Shown here piece after piece: positions 38,467 to 51,458 of a stretch of DNA of 64,000 nucleotides. Numbering within the stretch: position 1 is the stretch's first letter; each line of letters starts with the position of its first letter. The notes below the pieces were generated by a model that ran no database searches, was not told the origin of the DNA, and saw only the letters and a program-made list of their open reading frames with translations. The position numbers and the translations under genes are program-made. Origin of the DNA: Eutreptiella sp. 'Long Island Sound 2002' (lineage: Eukaryota; Protista; Euglenida); NCBI GenBank assembly GCA_964036045.1, contig OZ038378.1, positions 187,550,001-187,614,000 of the forward strand, in the 5' to 3' direction.

Positions 38467-39162
38467 ATGATCCCCCCCGAGGCCCTTGAGGATGGAGACA
38501 TCATGAACCCCGTTGCACTGTCTACGCTCTGCTCTGTTCCCTTTGAAGAGCCTGCGGATGACGCAGACATCCGGTTTGACAATGCCGTGGCCCTACTGGA
38601 GAAGCTTGTGCACGATGAGGGCTTCGAGGCCCGCCAGCAGGCCTTTTTCCTGGAGCACTGCGAGGAGTTCACGGACGAGGAGGAGAACAAGCTCATCTAC
38701 ACCGACATTTTCAATCGGTACACCGCGCAAATCGAGGACCTGGTTCTCCTCCGGCTCACCATCGAAATCCCCGGCTTCGATTTGGAAGAGTTCATGGAGC
38801 TGCTGGAGGAACGGCACACGGAGGTCAGTGGGGAAGCGCTCGATATCCTTGCGAGCTGCACGGACTTTGAGGCGTTTAAGCAGACGATGCTGGCCGTCAG
38901 GCAGCAGGAGGATCAGCTGGATGACCGTCTGGAGCAGGCGCTGTCTCGGTTTTTCGCCGCGGATGACGCAGGGATCGACGACGACGATCTGGACGTGAGG
39001 AGCGTTGATGATGAGGACGTGGCGGCTTCTGAGACTCGTGCTGCAGACGATGAGGGCGGCCCTTCCACGCCTCTCATTACGCCGTCACCCCCCCCTAAGC
39101 CTCGCAATTCCATCGTGGGTACTCGCAACCTGCGGCGCATCGTGGCGGAGGCAAATAAATGA
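38467..39162 (+). CDS. ARL2BP: ARL2-binding protein / BART-domain protein (ARL2BP/CFAP36-like), intronless, 231 aa
   Basis: FFLEHCEEFTDEEENKLIYTDIFNRY...FDLEEFMELL...LDILASCTDFEAFKQTM matches the BART domain pattern; strong GC3 bias; CATAG|CGCT|ATG. Confidence 0.85.
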   Translation: MIPPEALEDGDIMNPVALSTLCSVPFEEPADDADIRFDNAVALLEKLVHDEGFEARQQAFFLEHCEEFTDEEENKLIYTDIFNRYTAQIEDLVLLRLTIEIPGFDLEEFMELLEERHTEVSGEALDILASCTDFEAFKQTMLAVRQQEDQLDDRLEQALSRFFAADDAGIDDDDLDVRSVDDEDVAASETRAADDEGGPSTPLITPSPPPKPRNSIVGTRNLRRIVAEANK

Positions 39163-41723
39163 CATTGAATAGCAGCGGAGGCACGGTGACTGAGTGCTGA
39201 GCAATTCAGGCAATGGGAGAGCGAGCGGGGGGAGAGCGAATGGGTGAGCGATATCGCGGTCCGCAATTTTTGCAAATCTTCTCGGGGAAGGGTGTGTATG
39301 ACAGTGATGAAGCAGAAATTTTCAGATGAGGATGAGGATGCCCTGCAGCAATTGCCTCTGCACAAGGGGGGGAATTATTCGGCCGTTTGAAGTCATCACT
39401 AAAAGGGGGGGATTATTAAGGGGGGGGATTATTAAGCGGGGGTTATCACGGCGATCGCTTGGTCCACGGCATCTCCCAAAACAGCGCTGCCAAATCCGGT
39501 GTAGCCATCGTCCGGCGGCGAGAAATGGAGTTGTGGCCACCGCAATTTGCAGGCCCAAACGCCCCGCCAACGTTAAAGGCACCGTGATTTGATTGTGTTC
39601 GCGTCATTTTCTGTTTGCCCAACCCCCTTTTTCCGTGTCTTTAAAGGGGGTGCAGGGGGTCCCATACAGGGGCTTACACGACCATTGCAGTACCTCCGCG
39701 GTTGAGACCATGATTTTTGTGGTGTCAATGATGAAGGAATGCGCTGTGGTCGACTCGTGAGGCCTGCCCGACCCGTGTCTCTCAGGATTGGCGAAGCTCT
39801 GCTGCTGCCTGAGTGTGTTCATAAGTCAATGCGTGACGAGGCCCGCCTCTCGGACCGCACCGAGTGCAGGCCCACGCGTTTCATTATATGCACCACACAA
39901 GCCCGCCCCCCCTTTTCCCCCTCCACATGTCCAAGCCTCCCCAAGGGCTGGGGGGGGGGGGGGGCGTCATTTTGTGAAGTAAAAACCATTGCACAGGGAA
40001 TGTTCAGGGGGTTTTGGCAGCCTGGCTGCTGCTCTGCTCATTGCCTTGCACACCCTGAACGACCCTTTTCCTATTTTGTGTGTGGTGCAGGTTCACGCCA
40101 TTTCCTTTGCAGGATCTTCTGGCTCACTGATCGATAGCCATGGGTGATGGCAAACAAGACACCCATGTTCTTGCACACATTCATGGAGAGTAAGACAGAG
40201 AGCAGTGAGATAGCAAGCAGTGGCCTCTCAACCTCTGAGGACAGTGGGTTCGACCCTGATGTTGCAGAGTTCTGCAGAATTCTTCCATCTTTAATGGGAG
40301 CAAACGAGGACATCCTCAAAATCACCAACCGCCCCATGCACAGTCCTACAGCTGTCAGTCAATGATTGGAAGCTGCTCATTCCTGTCCAAATAGTCTTTG
40401 AACATAGCCTGCGCAACCCCTGCCATAGCAGGATGGTCTAGTCCGCTCCTGGAATCCATTGTCTACCCATTGCCGGTGCAGAGAGGGGGGGGGGTTTCTA
40501 AGCCCGAACCTGCCAGTTGATTGCTGCAGCTTTGCCCAGCCCTTTGTAGCTGGGTCTGCTGTGTTTACGGCGTTCACGCGTCCTGGCAAACGCACCCCAA
40601 TCGAGGGCGCTGTGCATGTGCTGTGCACAGACTCCCCCAGTGCCCGGGTGCCACCACCTGAGGGACGCCCACTGGGCGACCGTTCCCAGGGGTACGGGGG
40701 GGGGGGGGGCGGTCGTCAGGGGTGGACACAGGGCGGTGAGGGTGAGTCCGTCTTGTGGGGCAACACCTGGTTTTTTGAGCTTTTGATGTGCTGACGCCAG
40801 TTGCATGTGCTGTGCATGAATTCAGCTGTGTTGGACCCCCTCCCCCCATAGCATATTCCTACTGGGTTTTTCAACCTAAGGACCACAATTGAGCCTGACC
40901 TGGGTGGGCCCAGTGGGGCCAGCCAAAGCGCGCCTGAAGCAGAAGTGACCTCTGACCAGGATGCACGCCCGACCCTGCAAAGTCCAAGCATCTGCAACCC
41001 CAGCCATTCAGAATGCACATCGGTGGACCTGAATGAACTGGACGCCACCAGCGTGGGCAGTAGGCGATGGACGTTGTGGGGAGCAGGCGTGGCCAGAGCC
41101 TAATGCAGACATTGCAACCTGACCATTGAGGCCCCCCAATAGAAGTAGAGGTGGAGTACCGTGAGCATTGGCCACCGGAAGTGCAATTTGGCACACCAGT
41201 CACCCAGTTTTTTGAATGGGAAAGTAGATACCTGAGGAGCGAGGGTGTTGCGGTGTGTGGGGGGCATCTTGTGTCCCCTCTCCATTTTGGAATCCCCGAT
41301 GCGGCAGCGGTTGTGTAGCCATCTTGCTCCTCTCCGCTTTTGAGGGGCCCTGGTACAGCACCGCACTCCTGGGGACCTGAATCCTGGCAACAACACCAAT
41401 GCTGTCAGAGCATCGGAAATGACCATAAGTACCTGCTGGGAACCTGTCGGTGTGACCACCAGCATTGATGTAAGATGGTGCACAAATCCAAGTGTTTGCG
41501 TAAGGGAGAAGTGTGTTGCCAGGATGGCATTTGTGATGACGATTCATGCCCCATGCTGGACCATGCTGAACCTATGCGGCAGCATGGTAGCCCATGTTGG
41601 AGCCTGCCGGACGGGGTTGTGCCGGGGAGGGGGGGGTTCGCCATCCAGGAAAATGATGGGGATTGGCGGAAAGGTGGGCATTGGGCTCGTCCCCACACAG
41701 AAGCAATGAGGGGTGTGTATATG

Positions 41724-42357
41724 GGGGGCGTATTGCGCGCCGTGCGCGCGCTGTGCACAAAGTCTGTTTAGGACAATACCCAAGCTGCATAGTGCCTTGT
41801 TATGCATTTATATGAGCTGCTTGCATGCTTTGCCTTCATGTTTTGTATCCTTTCCTATAGTTTTGTGGTATCTACCAAGAATTTGGATTTGGATTCTGAT
41901 TACGAACTATGGCTTGCGATGAGGAAGAAATGGAGAAGTTGCGACAAAATAAGGCGCGGAAGAAGTGGAAGGAGGCTGAAAAGGTGGCATCACAATCAGC
42001 AACAAAATCCCAAGCTCCTAGTGTCTCGGAATTATTCCGGACACTGTGGTGAGGTTGTTGAGACAACTGTGAAAAAGGTTCGCGGATATCTCAATATGGT
42101 GGTGGATGAGGTTCGATGGTCTCACCGCTTGAACCATTATAATCATAGCCCACGTGACCCACTTCACTGACTCTATGCCCATTAGCTCGATGGGCGGTGG
42201 CCTTGGGTGGCTTGGGGGGTGGTGAAACATTAGGCTATCCAACATTGTGGGGGTGTAGTATGGTTTGTACAGGCAAGAATATTGCCAATGGTAGCAAAAA
42301 CCCTCAATTTCTTCCTGTCATGTGCGCGCTGTGCCCGCGCTGTGCACACACGCCCCC
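41724..42357 (+). mobile_element. Family B element with a unique 560-bp interior
   Basis: ATG|GGGGGCGT...ACGCCCCC|ATG; GCGCGCTGTGC repeats at both ends; interior has a pyrimidine-AG site and a K/E-rich fragment (MACDEEEMEKLRQNKARKKWKEAEK...). Confidence 0.88.
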
Positions 42358-44433
42358 ATGGTATAACTGCGGCCTCGGACATCTGCTGAACGAGCAAAGT
42401 GCAGAAGGACAGAGCAGCAGCAATTGTGCGACGCGCCTTCTCAAGAAACCGAAGGAGGGCTGCAAGGAGTCTGGTGCACAGAACCCGTGTACAGGAGGGT
42501 ATTGAACCGGTAACATCATTGACCACCGACACAGCGATGTGCAGACCTTGTAAGAGAAACAGGGGCCTCCCTTTGACCAATGACCATCATGCTGAAGGCA
42601 CCCAAACCCTTGATCCTAAAGGCCTCGTTTCGCGCTCACTGAGACTGATCCCTGCCGTGTGCTGGTGTCCATCTAAGTGTCGCTTGTGGGGTTGCCTATC
42701 CTGACCAACCACAAATTTCACAAAGTGCAACTCTTTCACTGAACGGCCAAATATGGGCTCTGGAGGCCAAATTTCGCACTCCCTGCCCTACAATTAGACG
42801 TACGAAACTCAAGGAACACCTCCACAGATACCCCCAGATGATGCACTGACCCAAGGGAGCATCAGTGAGCAGTACTCCCGTGCACCACAAGCTTCAGAGT
42901 TTGCTGCGAGGGAAACCCCGTGGGCAGTCCATGCAATGTGGTTTCACAGCCTTGAGTAGCAGGGCAATCAGCAGCAGCAGCAACAATGAGGCTTGGCCTT
43001 TCATCGTGCAAGATCCCTGTGTTGTGTGTTGCTCTGCATCGAAGCATTTCTCCCCTGCTTGTTCTTTTGCTTGCAGGGTTGTTTTTTTGGGTAGATTTGG
43101 TTGGAGGATGGCGCAATGTTCTGGGCTGCTCTCGGGGAGGGTAGGCTTGAGACTAGAGTCCGGGGCAAGTCCCAAAAAAGTAGCGCGCTGGGCAAACACC
43201 CGCCTTCCCCCCCCTTTGGTTAGTCTGGCATGAGGTCAGGATTACGCTGGTTATTTGAAAGCCTGACATCATGGCCCCCTTGGTGCTACAGTTGCGATCG
43301 AGGTATCCCATCCACTAGTAATGGTGGCGAGGCTGCCACGAACGGAGAATCTCGTTCTGGTTGGTTGGCGCTGTGTGGTTCCTGAGTGAGACGAATCAAA
43401 TACAGAGGGGTACCGCACCACCCGGCCCTTCCGCTGGAAGTCCTGTGAAAACCCTTCTGCCCGGAACCGAGGACTGTTGTAGGTCAGGGGAAGAGAAGGA
43501 CCAAAAAACAGAGGGGCAGGGGCAGAAAACACTCGCCATGTGCAACAACAAAAGGGGCCAGGCAAATTATGTGAGGATGGGGGGTTTGCCTGGCAAATGC
43601 GATACACCAATAGGTGGTTGAGGGGCTTGGGTAGGGGTTCATGCCACGTTTTGGACTGATTGGCACCTGGAGAAAAGCTGTTCGTCCCCACCACCCCTTC
43701 GTGGCACTGATTCAGTGCCATCTCAACCCTCCCTGTCAGATGTTATTGCTAGTTGCATTCCTCTTGGGTTGCCCAAGTCGCCCAAATTTAGACAAATGAA
43801 AGGAAGCCGCATGTCCAGTGACATCAAAGGTGCTCTATTGCCTGGGTAGTGCAACTGTGGCACCCCAGTATTCCAAGCCTTGCCTTGTGCTGCGCCTTGC
43901 ATGTACTCTGTGTGCCAGTACACTCTTACAGCTAATCCACAAATTATGGGGCGGCCATGAATGAAAACTGTTGTTTTCCTTTTCTTGCTGGTCCGTGAAC
44001 ATGATGAGTTGGAGACTGCATTATTGGACCATATCACAGCCCATCAACGTTTCTGCTGCATGAGAAGCAGGGGCACTGCATACCCCCCCCTCTCCCCCGT
44101 GTCATCCCCCCTCCCATGTTGTCCCCCCCCCCCCCCACCTTGGGGACTGCCAAAAATCAGTAACAGGGCAAACCTCCAACGTAGCCGTATTGTGCCTCAA
44201 TGCTGCTTGTGCCTCACCTTCAATGTGTACGACGTTTGGTGTACGGTGGTGATCACCCACTCCAACCACGCCTCGTAGAGGCATTTGAAGCATAGAGGCG
44301 GTTGTTGTACAGGGTCCCATTTTCTGTCCAATGCAGCCGCCTCCCCCATCCCCCCATCGTCTTCTCCCCACCTGTATGCGACCCCCCCCCAAGTTACCCA
44401 AGGACCAAGTTATGAACTGGTTTCCTTTTGCAG

Positions 44434-44511
44434 ACCTGGGCTCCGTTGCTACCAAAAGTCGTTATACTTAGCACCTCGCTCAGATGAGCACTACATTGTG
44501 TCATGGACATG
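44434..44511 (+). CDS. Isolated candidate internal exon of an unidentified gene
   Basis: TTTCCTTTTGCAG|78 nt, open in phase 2/2 (PGLRCYQKSLYLAPRSDEHYIVSWT)|GTGAGC. Confidence 0.25.
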
Positions 44512-45716
44512 GTGAGCCCCATTTTATGAACAAATTGATCAATTCGTGGAAAAAAAGAACGCTGCTTGTCACTGCTGGAGGTTGTTATGCTGTGGCTTTA
44601 TTGGATTCTTTTCGGGGGTTGGCAACGCTGTTTGTAGGCTGATTGGTTTTCATGTTTGTAAATTGTGCTGTAAATCCGAACACAATGTCAGTGTGTGCAT
44701 TGCGTAGATTGGGTAGCGCAACACCCCTGTGCCATGGGAAGTCTCACGGACCATGTGAGGGCCACGGCTATGGGAATTCAAGGGGACTTGCTCAGCAGCT
44801 GAATTACATTTGCTCACCGAGCCTCGAGGTGCTCAATGAACAACAATGTACGTACAGCCCACAGCGTCACGTATGAGTGCAGGATGAGCCGCTAGTCAGT
44901 TGGTCAGGGTAGGCAGTGTCGCACTCGCCGATGGCTTACATGGCCAGGGACCCCCCCCCTTGCCGCCCCCCCTCAAAGGACCCCGCAACCCCACACCAAC
45001 GGTGACCAACGAGGAACAACCCGCTTGGTCGCCAGTGGAGCCTAGAGAATTGGTTTGGTGCCTGTGGACCGGGGCACAGAACCCCCCCCCCCCACCACCA
45101 CCTGGGGTTTTGCTTTAATCTTCATTGCGGCAAGGGGGAAGGGGGGGGGGGCGGCTTCCCCCCTTCCCCTGCACCCTCTCTGCTCTACATCAGCTGAGAA
45201 CCTGGGCTTTGGGAACTGGTCATGGGCAGGCCCAAAAAGATGCCCGGCGCGCTAAAGCCCCCCCTGTAAGGCAATGAATATGGGCTTGACATGGAAGAAC
45301 AACTACACACTCTTTAACATTTTGACGTGCGCCGAACGCACGGAGAAACTCTTGTGGGCCTTCAATAGGGGAGGGTAAATCTGGGGCTAAAGTCGGGATA
45401 GTCGGTACAAAAGTAGCGCACCGGGTGCGCGTCGGGCAAACATTCTCCCACAGATGACCATTTCCCAGGGCTCATAGCCCCCGGAATTGTGTACATTCAA
45501 AATGCTCCGAAAAAGCCGAAACAAAGTCAGCCCCCCCCCCCCCCCCGGTCCCCCCTCCTGACCCCCCTGCCCACGCTGCGGGGGTTGGGGTCCAGCACCG
45601 AACTGAACCCCCCTGGCGTGCCCTGACGCCCCCCCCCCCCCCCCACAGTTGGGCAGGGTAGGCAGGGGCGCGCAAAAACATGGAACTGCACTGACAGTGC
45701 CTCCGTTTGTTCAGGG

Positions 45717-47150
45717 ATGCCCCGCGTCATCCCCGGGCGATTGGAGACAACCCACGGGTCACGGCGCGCCGCCTCCAAGGCCGTCTTCATCCTCGCGGCG
45801 CTGCTGCCCGTCGGAGGCCACTATGCCAAGCACTTGGTGGGGCCTCTGAAGCCCTTCTTCATGAAGGACCATTCCTTTGGGTTGTCGAACACGCAGTTCG
45901 GCGCGCTGCTCTTCGCCTCCGACTCGGCCCTGTTCTTCGCCCCGTTGCTCTCCGGAATGGTCGTGGACTCCATCGGCGCCTTCTTGGCAGCCACCGTGTT
46001 CTGTTTCCTGTCGCTATTTGGGCACGTGTTCTTTTGTGTGGGGGTCGTCAAGCACAGCCTCTGGAACAGCATCGTCGGAAGGGGCGTCTACGGCATCGGG
46101 GAGAGTGCCGTGAGCATCGCGCAGGCGGGCATCATCTGCCATACCTTCAGCCGCGCCGACCTGACGATCGCGCTCGGGATCGGAGAGAGCGTGCGGGCCT
46201 CTGTGAATTGGCTCGGGAAGGTCCTGCCGGTCACGCTGGCCGACCTGACGGGCAACTACAAGTGCGCGTTGTGGTTCGGGGTCCTCCTACTCCTGGTCTC
46301 GCAGATCATTTCCCTCGCGATCTTCATCATGGCCACGCGCCCCCACGAGAGCGGGGCCGGCACGCGCGACGCCGGCGCGGCGTCCCCGAGAGCGCGACGG
46401 CGCGTCCTCCGGGACTTTCCGCTGGAGTTCTGGGTGTTGACGGGCATCCACGCGCTGATGAACAACGTCCACAACGTCTTCAGCGGCATCTCAACCGACT
46501 ACCTCTCGAAGCGGAACTCGCTGTCGGTGGAGACGGCGGCCCTGCTCAGCAGCCTCGAGAACGTGGGCCCCATTTTCTTCTGCTCTTGGGTCAGTTGGCA
46601 CGTGAGTCGGTACGGGGGCCGGCTGTACTGGATGCTCTTCGCCTGCGCATGCTCCGTGTGGGGCTTTGCGCTGCTGGTGCTTCAGCCCACGGTCCCGGTG
46701 GCGCTTTGCATGGTCCTGCTTTCGTTCAATACCATCATTCTGCCCACGTTGCTGCGCTCGTCGGTGCCGCTGCTGCTGCACCCGGACATGTACGGGCTGG
46801 GGTTCGGCCTCTACACGGGGCTGACGGGACTGGGGGGGAACGTCAATATTTTGGTGGGCTGGCTCAAGGATGTGAGTGGCAGCTACGAGGGCGGGCTGTA
46901 CCTGCTGACGGGGATGTCGCTGCTGGGCGTCGTCCTGTGTGGGTGGGTCCATTACCTGGATGCGTCGCGTTTGGGGTGTCTGAACCTGGCGGAGGAGCAG
47001 CTGAGGGGGCACGAGGAGGAGACTGCACGTCTGATCCCGGGGACGGAGGATCAGCTGGTGATCGACGTGCCTCAGTCGCCGACCGGGCGGCGCAGTAGCT
47101 GCGGTGCGGGTGATACAGAGTCCGAAGTGGGACGGGCAGGGAAGTGTTAG
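45717..47150 (+). CDS. MFSD1: Major facilitator superfamily transporter, MFSD1-like, intronless, 477 aa
   Basis: About 12 hydrophobic segments; FAPLLSGMVVDSIG and GRGVYGIGESAVSIAQ resemble MFSD1 GGFLIDR / GRFVFGIGGESLAVAQ; strong GC3 bias; TTTGTTCAG|GG|ATG. Confidence 0.85.
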   Translation: MPRVIPGRLETTHGSRRAASKAVFILAALLPVGGHYAKHLVGPLKPFFMKDHSFGLSNTQFGALLFASDSALFFAPLLSGMVVDSIGAFLAATVFCFLSLFGHVFFCVGVVKHSLWNSIVGRGVYGIGESAVSIAQAGIICHTFSRADLTIALGIGESVRASVNWLGKVLPVTLADLTGNYKCALWFGVLLLLVSQIISLAIFIMATRPHESGAGTRDAGAASPRARRRVLRDFPLEFWVLTGIHALMNNVHNVFSGISTDYLSKRNSLSVETAALLSSLENVGPIFFCSWVSWHVSRYGGRLYWMLFACACSVWGFALLVLQPTVPVALCMVLLSFNTIILPTLLRSSVPLLLHPDMYGLGFGLYTGLTGLGGNVNILVGWLKDVSGSYEGGLYLLTGMSLLGVVLCGWVHYLDASRLGCLNLAEEQLRGHEEETARLIPGTEDQLVIDVPQSPTGRRSSCGAGDTESEVGRAGKC

Positions 47151-48518
47151 AATGGCCGCGCACCGCAGGAGGGGGGGTTACCCCCCCCCGGAGCCCCCCC
47201 CCCCCCCGACCAAAGGGACCATCGTGGGAAAAATGACATTTACGATAGGGAAATCTTGTCGGGCCATTTTTGGTACACACACTTTTGGGTCCCACACAGC
47301 CCCCCCCCCCCCCCCCCCTCCTCTTTGGGGACCGGTAGAAGCTCAACTCCCAAACCCTGGGATTTGCACTTGACCCGCTGCCGGGCAGTGCTTGAACCCG
47401 CGGCTTCAAGCGGTTCGGGCCACTTTTGGAAGATGACTGTGTCGCACGTGCAACCGCGGGCGGTTGCCGTCCGACCGCCTTCGGCTACGTGTCCCTCGTA
47501 AGGCGGACCGGTTCGGTTTACCATCCAACTGCCGCCGGGCACCGCCCCACCGCTGTTACGACTGAGCGGATGATTTCCCATTTTCTCTTGTCTTCTTCAA
47601 TGAGGGAGCGCCTCTTCACAGCGCCGCGCACTTGTGCTGATTGTCTCCCCCCGCGCTCACAGAAAGTCAGCCCGGTGCTTAGTTGCTCGGGAGCCAACCG
47701 AGAACCCCCCCTTTCGGTTGAAGTCGAGCGATTCAGGAAATGGATCATGGCTCCTTTCTGGACCCCCCCGCCCCCTACTCCGGGGGCGATTGTCCATTCC
47801 TCCGACGCCTTGCAACCGCCAGACTTCCCCCCCAACCGCTTTTCCAACGGCCAGTAACCGCTTCGAAAAACATTCTCAGACCTCCGCAGGCCTACCCCCA
47901 GTCAAGCACAGGCCTGATCACCGGGCCGTAGAATGCTCTAATGTCGCTCTGGGCCCAAAGTTACACACGTACCCCCCTGGCCCCCGGCTTGAGAGGGGCC
48001 CTGTGGCGCGGGAGTTCTTGTGTGGCTCAGAGCTCACCCTCCAGCCTCAGACAATCGAACGGCCCAGGGGCTCAAGTCTGTACTCAAAGCACAGTGTCTC
48101 AATGCGATCAGATGGTGATGAGGGCCGTGTAGCCGGAGCCAAGCCCTCCGCCCCCCCCCCCCCCTGCCGACCTCGCCTGGTCACAGGCGCCGGTGCGCCC
48201 CGCCGCAAGCGATCTGTGATGGGGCCCTGCGGTGCCGTAGCAGCACCGTCATTTGCATGTCGCCATCGCCTGTCCCCCTGATGGATGGGCTGGAGGCTCC
48301 AGAGATTGCAGGGGGTGACGACCGTGGGGCCACACCTCCATGGGGGTGGTTGCCATCACGAGCTTTGGAAGTATCGCATGGGCGGTTCCGTTTGTTTTCT
48401 TGGAATAGGGAGCGGTGCATTTGCTACTGCTGTTCTCCCTCTGCTCTGCCCCCCCCCTTCCCCCGTCCCGTACAGATCCCCCCTGCACTTGCAGGGGGAC
48501 CAGACCCCTCACCAGTCC

Positions 48519-48704
48519 CAGACGATTTTGTCCAACGCGAAGCCTGGATGGCCCTCGGTCTGTCAATATGCTGTGTGACTTCGATGTAGGGCACGGCCCA
48601 CTGTACATAGTGGATTGCAGCTTTATTGTGGAGGACACATCTTATTGGACCAAAGGCTGAAAGTGCCTATGGCGGGGGCATGCAGTAAATCAGACCCGAC
48701 CATT

Positions 48705-48786
<82 letters not shown>
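48519..48786 (+). mobile_element. Family H short repeat with (CT)n tail, copy 1
   Basis: About 190 bp near-identical to 53545-53724, followed by about 39 CT units. Confidence 0.7.
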
Positions 48787-48788
<2 letters not shown>

Positions 48789-49134
48789 GGTCCGGTGTTG
48801 ACTGGTGGGGGGCCCTGGGGTCGGATTGGGGCTTTTGTGTAGCAATGACAAGTTCATCGGCCAGCGGTATCGGTGTGTTGGGCTGAGCCCCTTCAAGGGC
48901 TGGAACGGAAGATCGGTCACAGCAATCCCTTCGGGGGTTGGCACCAGAGACTCGCGGGGTGATACTGACGTGCTTGCTTGCGATCCCCGGCGCAGGAATG
49001 ACGCACCCGCTCGCTGTTCTGCCTACGATTGTTGTTCAGTTGGTGCTCACGTCGTTGCCCCTTCTTTTTCAGCTGATCCAGCTTCCCACCTCCGCAGTTT
49101 GTGAGATGTGAATTGTGGGGTGTTTCGTTGTGAC

Positions 49135-49590
49135 CCTCCCTCCCCCCTTCCCCCTGCCCTTTCGCAAGGGCAGTGCTCTTGTCAGAACAACACGACGTGT
49201 TGTTGCCTTAACCGTTGGAACCATCGAACTGGCAGTTCCCTTTGATTAACTATGAAGATCAATTTTTTACCTGCGATTTGAGGCCGGGGATGGTCCCCCA
49301 CCCCCTTGTCCATCCCCCCCCGGGGGTGGGGGGAACCGTCGTTCCTTGGGGGGGGGGGGGGATGGACAATGGGGGGGGGGGGCTACTTTGGTGGTGCTGA
49401 GCGCGCACCTGCCACCTTTCTCTCCCTTTCCTGCGCCCCCCATAAACGTGGTGTGGACCTCAATGATGCTTGGTTTGGCTATGACTGCCTGTGTCTCCTC
49501 ACGGTGCCCATCAACAACGCCCTTGTCAGAACAGCAGGAGACTTTGTTTGGGCCAGTGCTTTTACCGTTGCTCTCGCAAGAGAACGGGGG
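49135..49590 (+). mobile_element. Family I repeat, diverged copy 2
   Basis: CTTGTCAGAACA at 49177 and 49522; core similar to 12759-13090; ends approximate. Confidence 0.6.
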
Positions 49591-50917
49591 CGACTACACC
49601 CCCCCTCCCCCTCCCAAAAAAATCAACCGACTCTTGTCATGCGACCATACACACAAATTCGCTGTAATTTCAGGCAAAAGGAGCAAAAATGGAAGCAATC
49701 GGGGTCCCCTTATCTCGAAGGCGCAGTAATGCTACACCCGTTGTCCAAGTCTCACGCCCGGGGGCCATCCGCGCGCACTCTTGTTTTGGGAGGGTTAGTG
49801 CATCGTCGACACTGTTCGCTTCTCAGTGGCACTGCCCGTGCCACGGCGGTGCCAGCGACTGCTGACTTTTGACTGAAGCGTGGGGATGTGCTGCGCGTTG
49901 CTCATTGCATTGGTGCGTGAGGATCAGGGCTGCCGCCTGCAGGGCTCACGTATGCCACGCGCACCAGTGCTTGGGATGGCGTTGCCGTGCGGAGCCAGAC
50001 GGGCGCTGTTTTGGGCACAGTTTCGCGAATTTCAGGCCGGAAATTTGCGAATCGAGCGCCTGCCGATGGCGGGAAATGGCTGCCATTGCTGTTGTGCGCG
50101 TGGGGACGGCGCTGCAAACGCTCCTTCAGCAAACGGATGTGGCCGAGCCCGCCATGAATCGTGCTGCCGACGTGGTCGCGCAGCTTGTTGGCTTTGGCTG
50201 TGCTGCGATGATGCTGCCCCACGACGGACTACTAAGGCTACCTGCAGGTTTCCTTACCACACAGGCCAACATGGCGTGACTTGCAACGCAGCACTAAGAA
50301 ATCTGCCGTCTTCAGTCTCCAGTCGCTCCCAGGCAGTCTCCGTCTATCCTTGTGCAGTATTCAACCTCCCTTGATCATCCTCAAGCTGCTGCAACGGCAG
50401 CCTATTTCCACAATCGATCCAGCCTCCCTGCTTTTTGAGCCATGACCCTAACTTCAGCACCACGTGGACATGCACACAGTGGCATTGCCGTGAAACAGCA
50501 AGAAAGCTTTCTGGCTGCGGCAAGGGTGGTTGCCAGTAGGCGAATCAACCAGGGCTGATGAGCAATCCCATACCTTGCCTGAGCCCCAAGCCCTTGCCCC
50601 CCCCCCCCCCCCTGAGCTGCGCCAAGTACCCCACCAGCGCGCGCCCCACACACTCCCAGACCGCGCGCGCCATACACACAGGCACGGCGGCATCTCCCTC
50701 CCACGTGTGTCACCGCGGGGTACGGGGGCGGTCAACAGTCCGGCAGGCCTTGAGACCGGACAGCCGTGAATCGACCGGACCAGTTGTGTCTGCGCGGGTA
50801 CGGGCGCAGAGCGTGGGCCTGGGCATTCAGAAGAGGCCTTGACCCAACCCAACCCAATCCAACCCCAGAGCTAGACCAGGCTCGATTTATATATGTACGT
50901 CTGTCATGTTTACATAA

Positions 50918-51221
50918 CCCCCCTTTTCCAAGAACAGCGCCCTTGTCAGAACAACATGAGGTGTTGTTTCTGCAAGTTTTGGACCCGAGGAATTTGGCGG
51001 TTCCATTCTCTGGTTGTCTGCGAAGATCAATTTTTTCCTGTGACTTGGGGCTGGGGATGGTATTTTGGGGATGCACACTGTCCGCTTTTTGCCCCTCCCT
51101 TCAGTGCGTGAGGTCGATGCACCTCCATAGACATGGCTGTCTGGGCCTCAATGATGCATTGCTGTGCTGCTTGTGTCTCTTCACGGTGCACCTAAACAAC
51201 GGCCTTGTCAGAATGGGTGGG
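50918..51221 (+). mobile_element. Family I repeat, copy 3
   Basis: Cn...CGCCCTTGTCAGAACAAC...GGCCTTGTCAGAATGGGTGGG|TA; high similarity to 12759-13035. Confidence 0.75.
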
Positions 51222-51458
51222 TAGCCAAACCACTCCCACCCAACCCATGTGCATGTATGCCCTCGTCCAGGTACCAGCAGCGTGGGCGTGCAGGGGATTG
51301 ATGGGCCTAGCATTGGGGATTGACAGGCCTCGCAGTGGGGGAACATGAGACGTGGTGGGTCTATTGTATTATATTATAGGGTCCTGGGTATGTGGATAGA
51401 TGGAGGGCGCTCTTGCCACGGTGTGCGCACAGTGCGCGTGCGGTGCACCTTTTGGGTA

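Noticed and set aside
43160-45450. AAAAGTAGCGC...GGGCAAACA motifs (about 43185 and 45410) resembling family A right ends
   Set aside because: No matching left end or TSD could be identified
45707-47098. 463-aa Arg/Gly-rich ORF overlapping the MFS gene
   Set aside because: Shadow frame of a high-GC3 CDS
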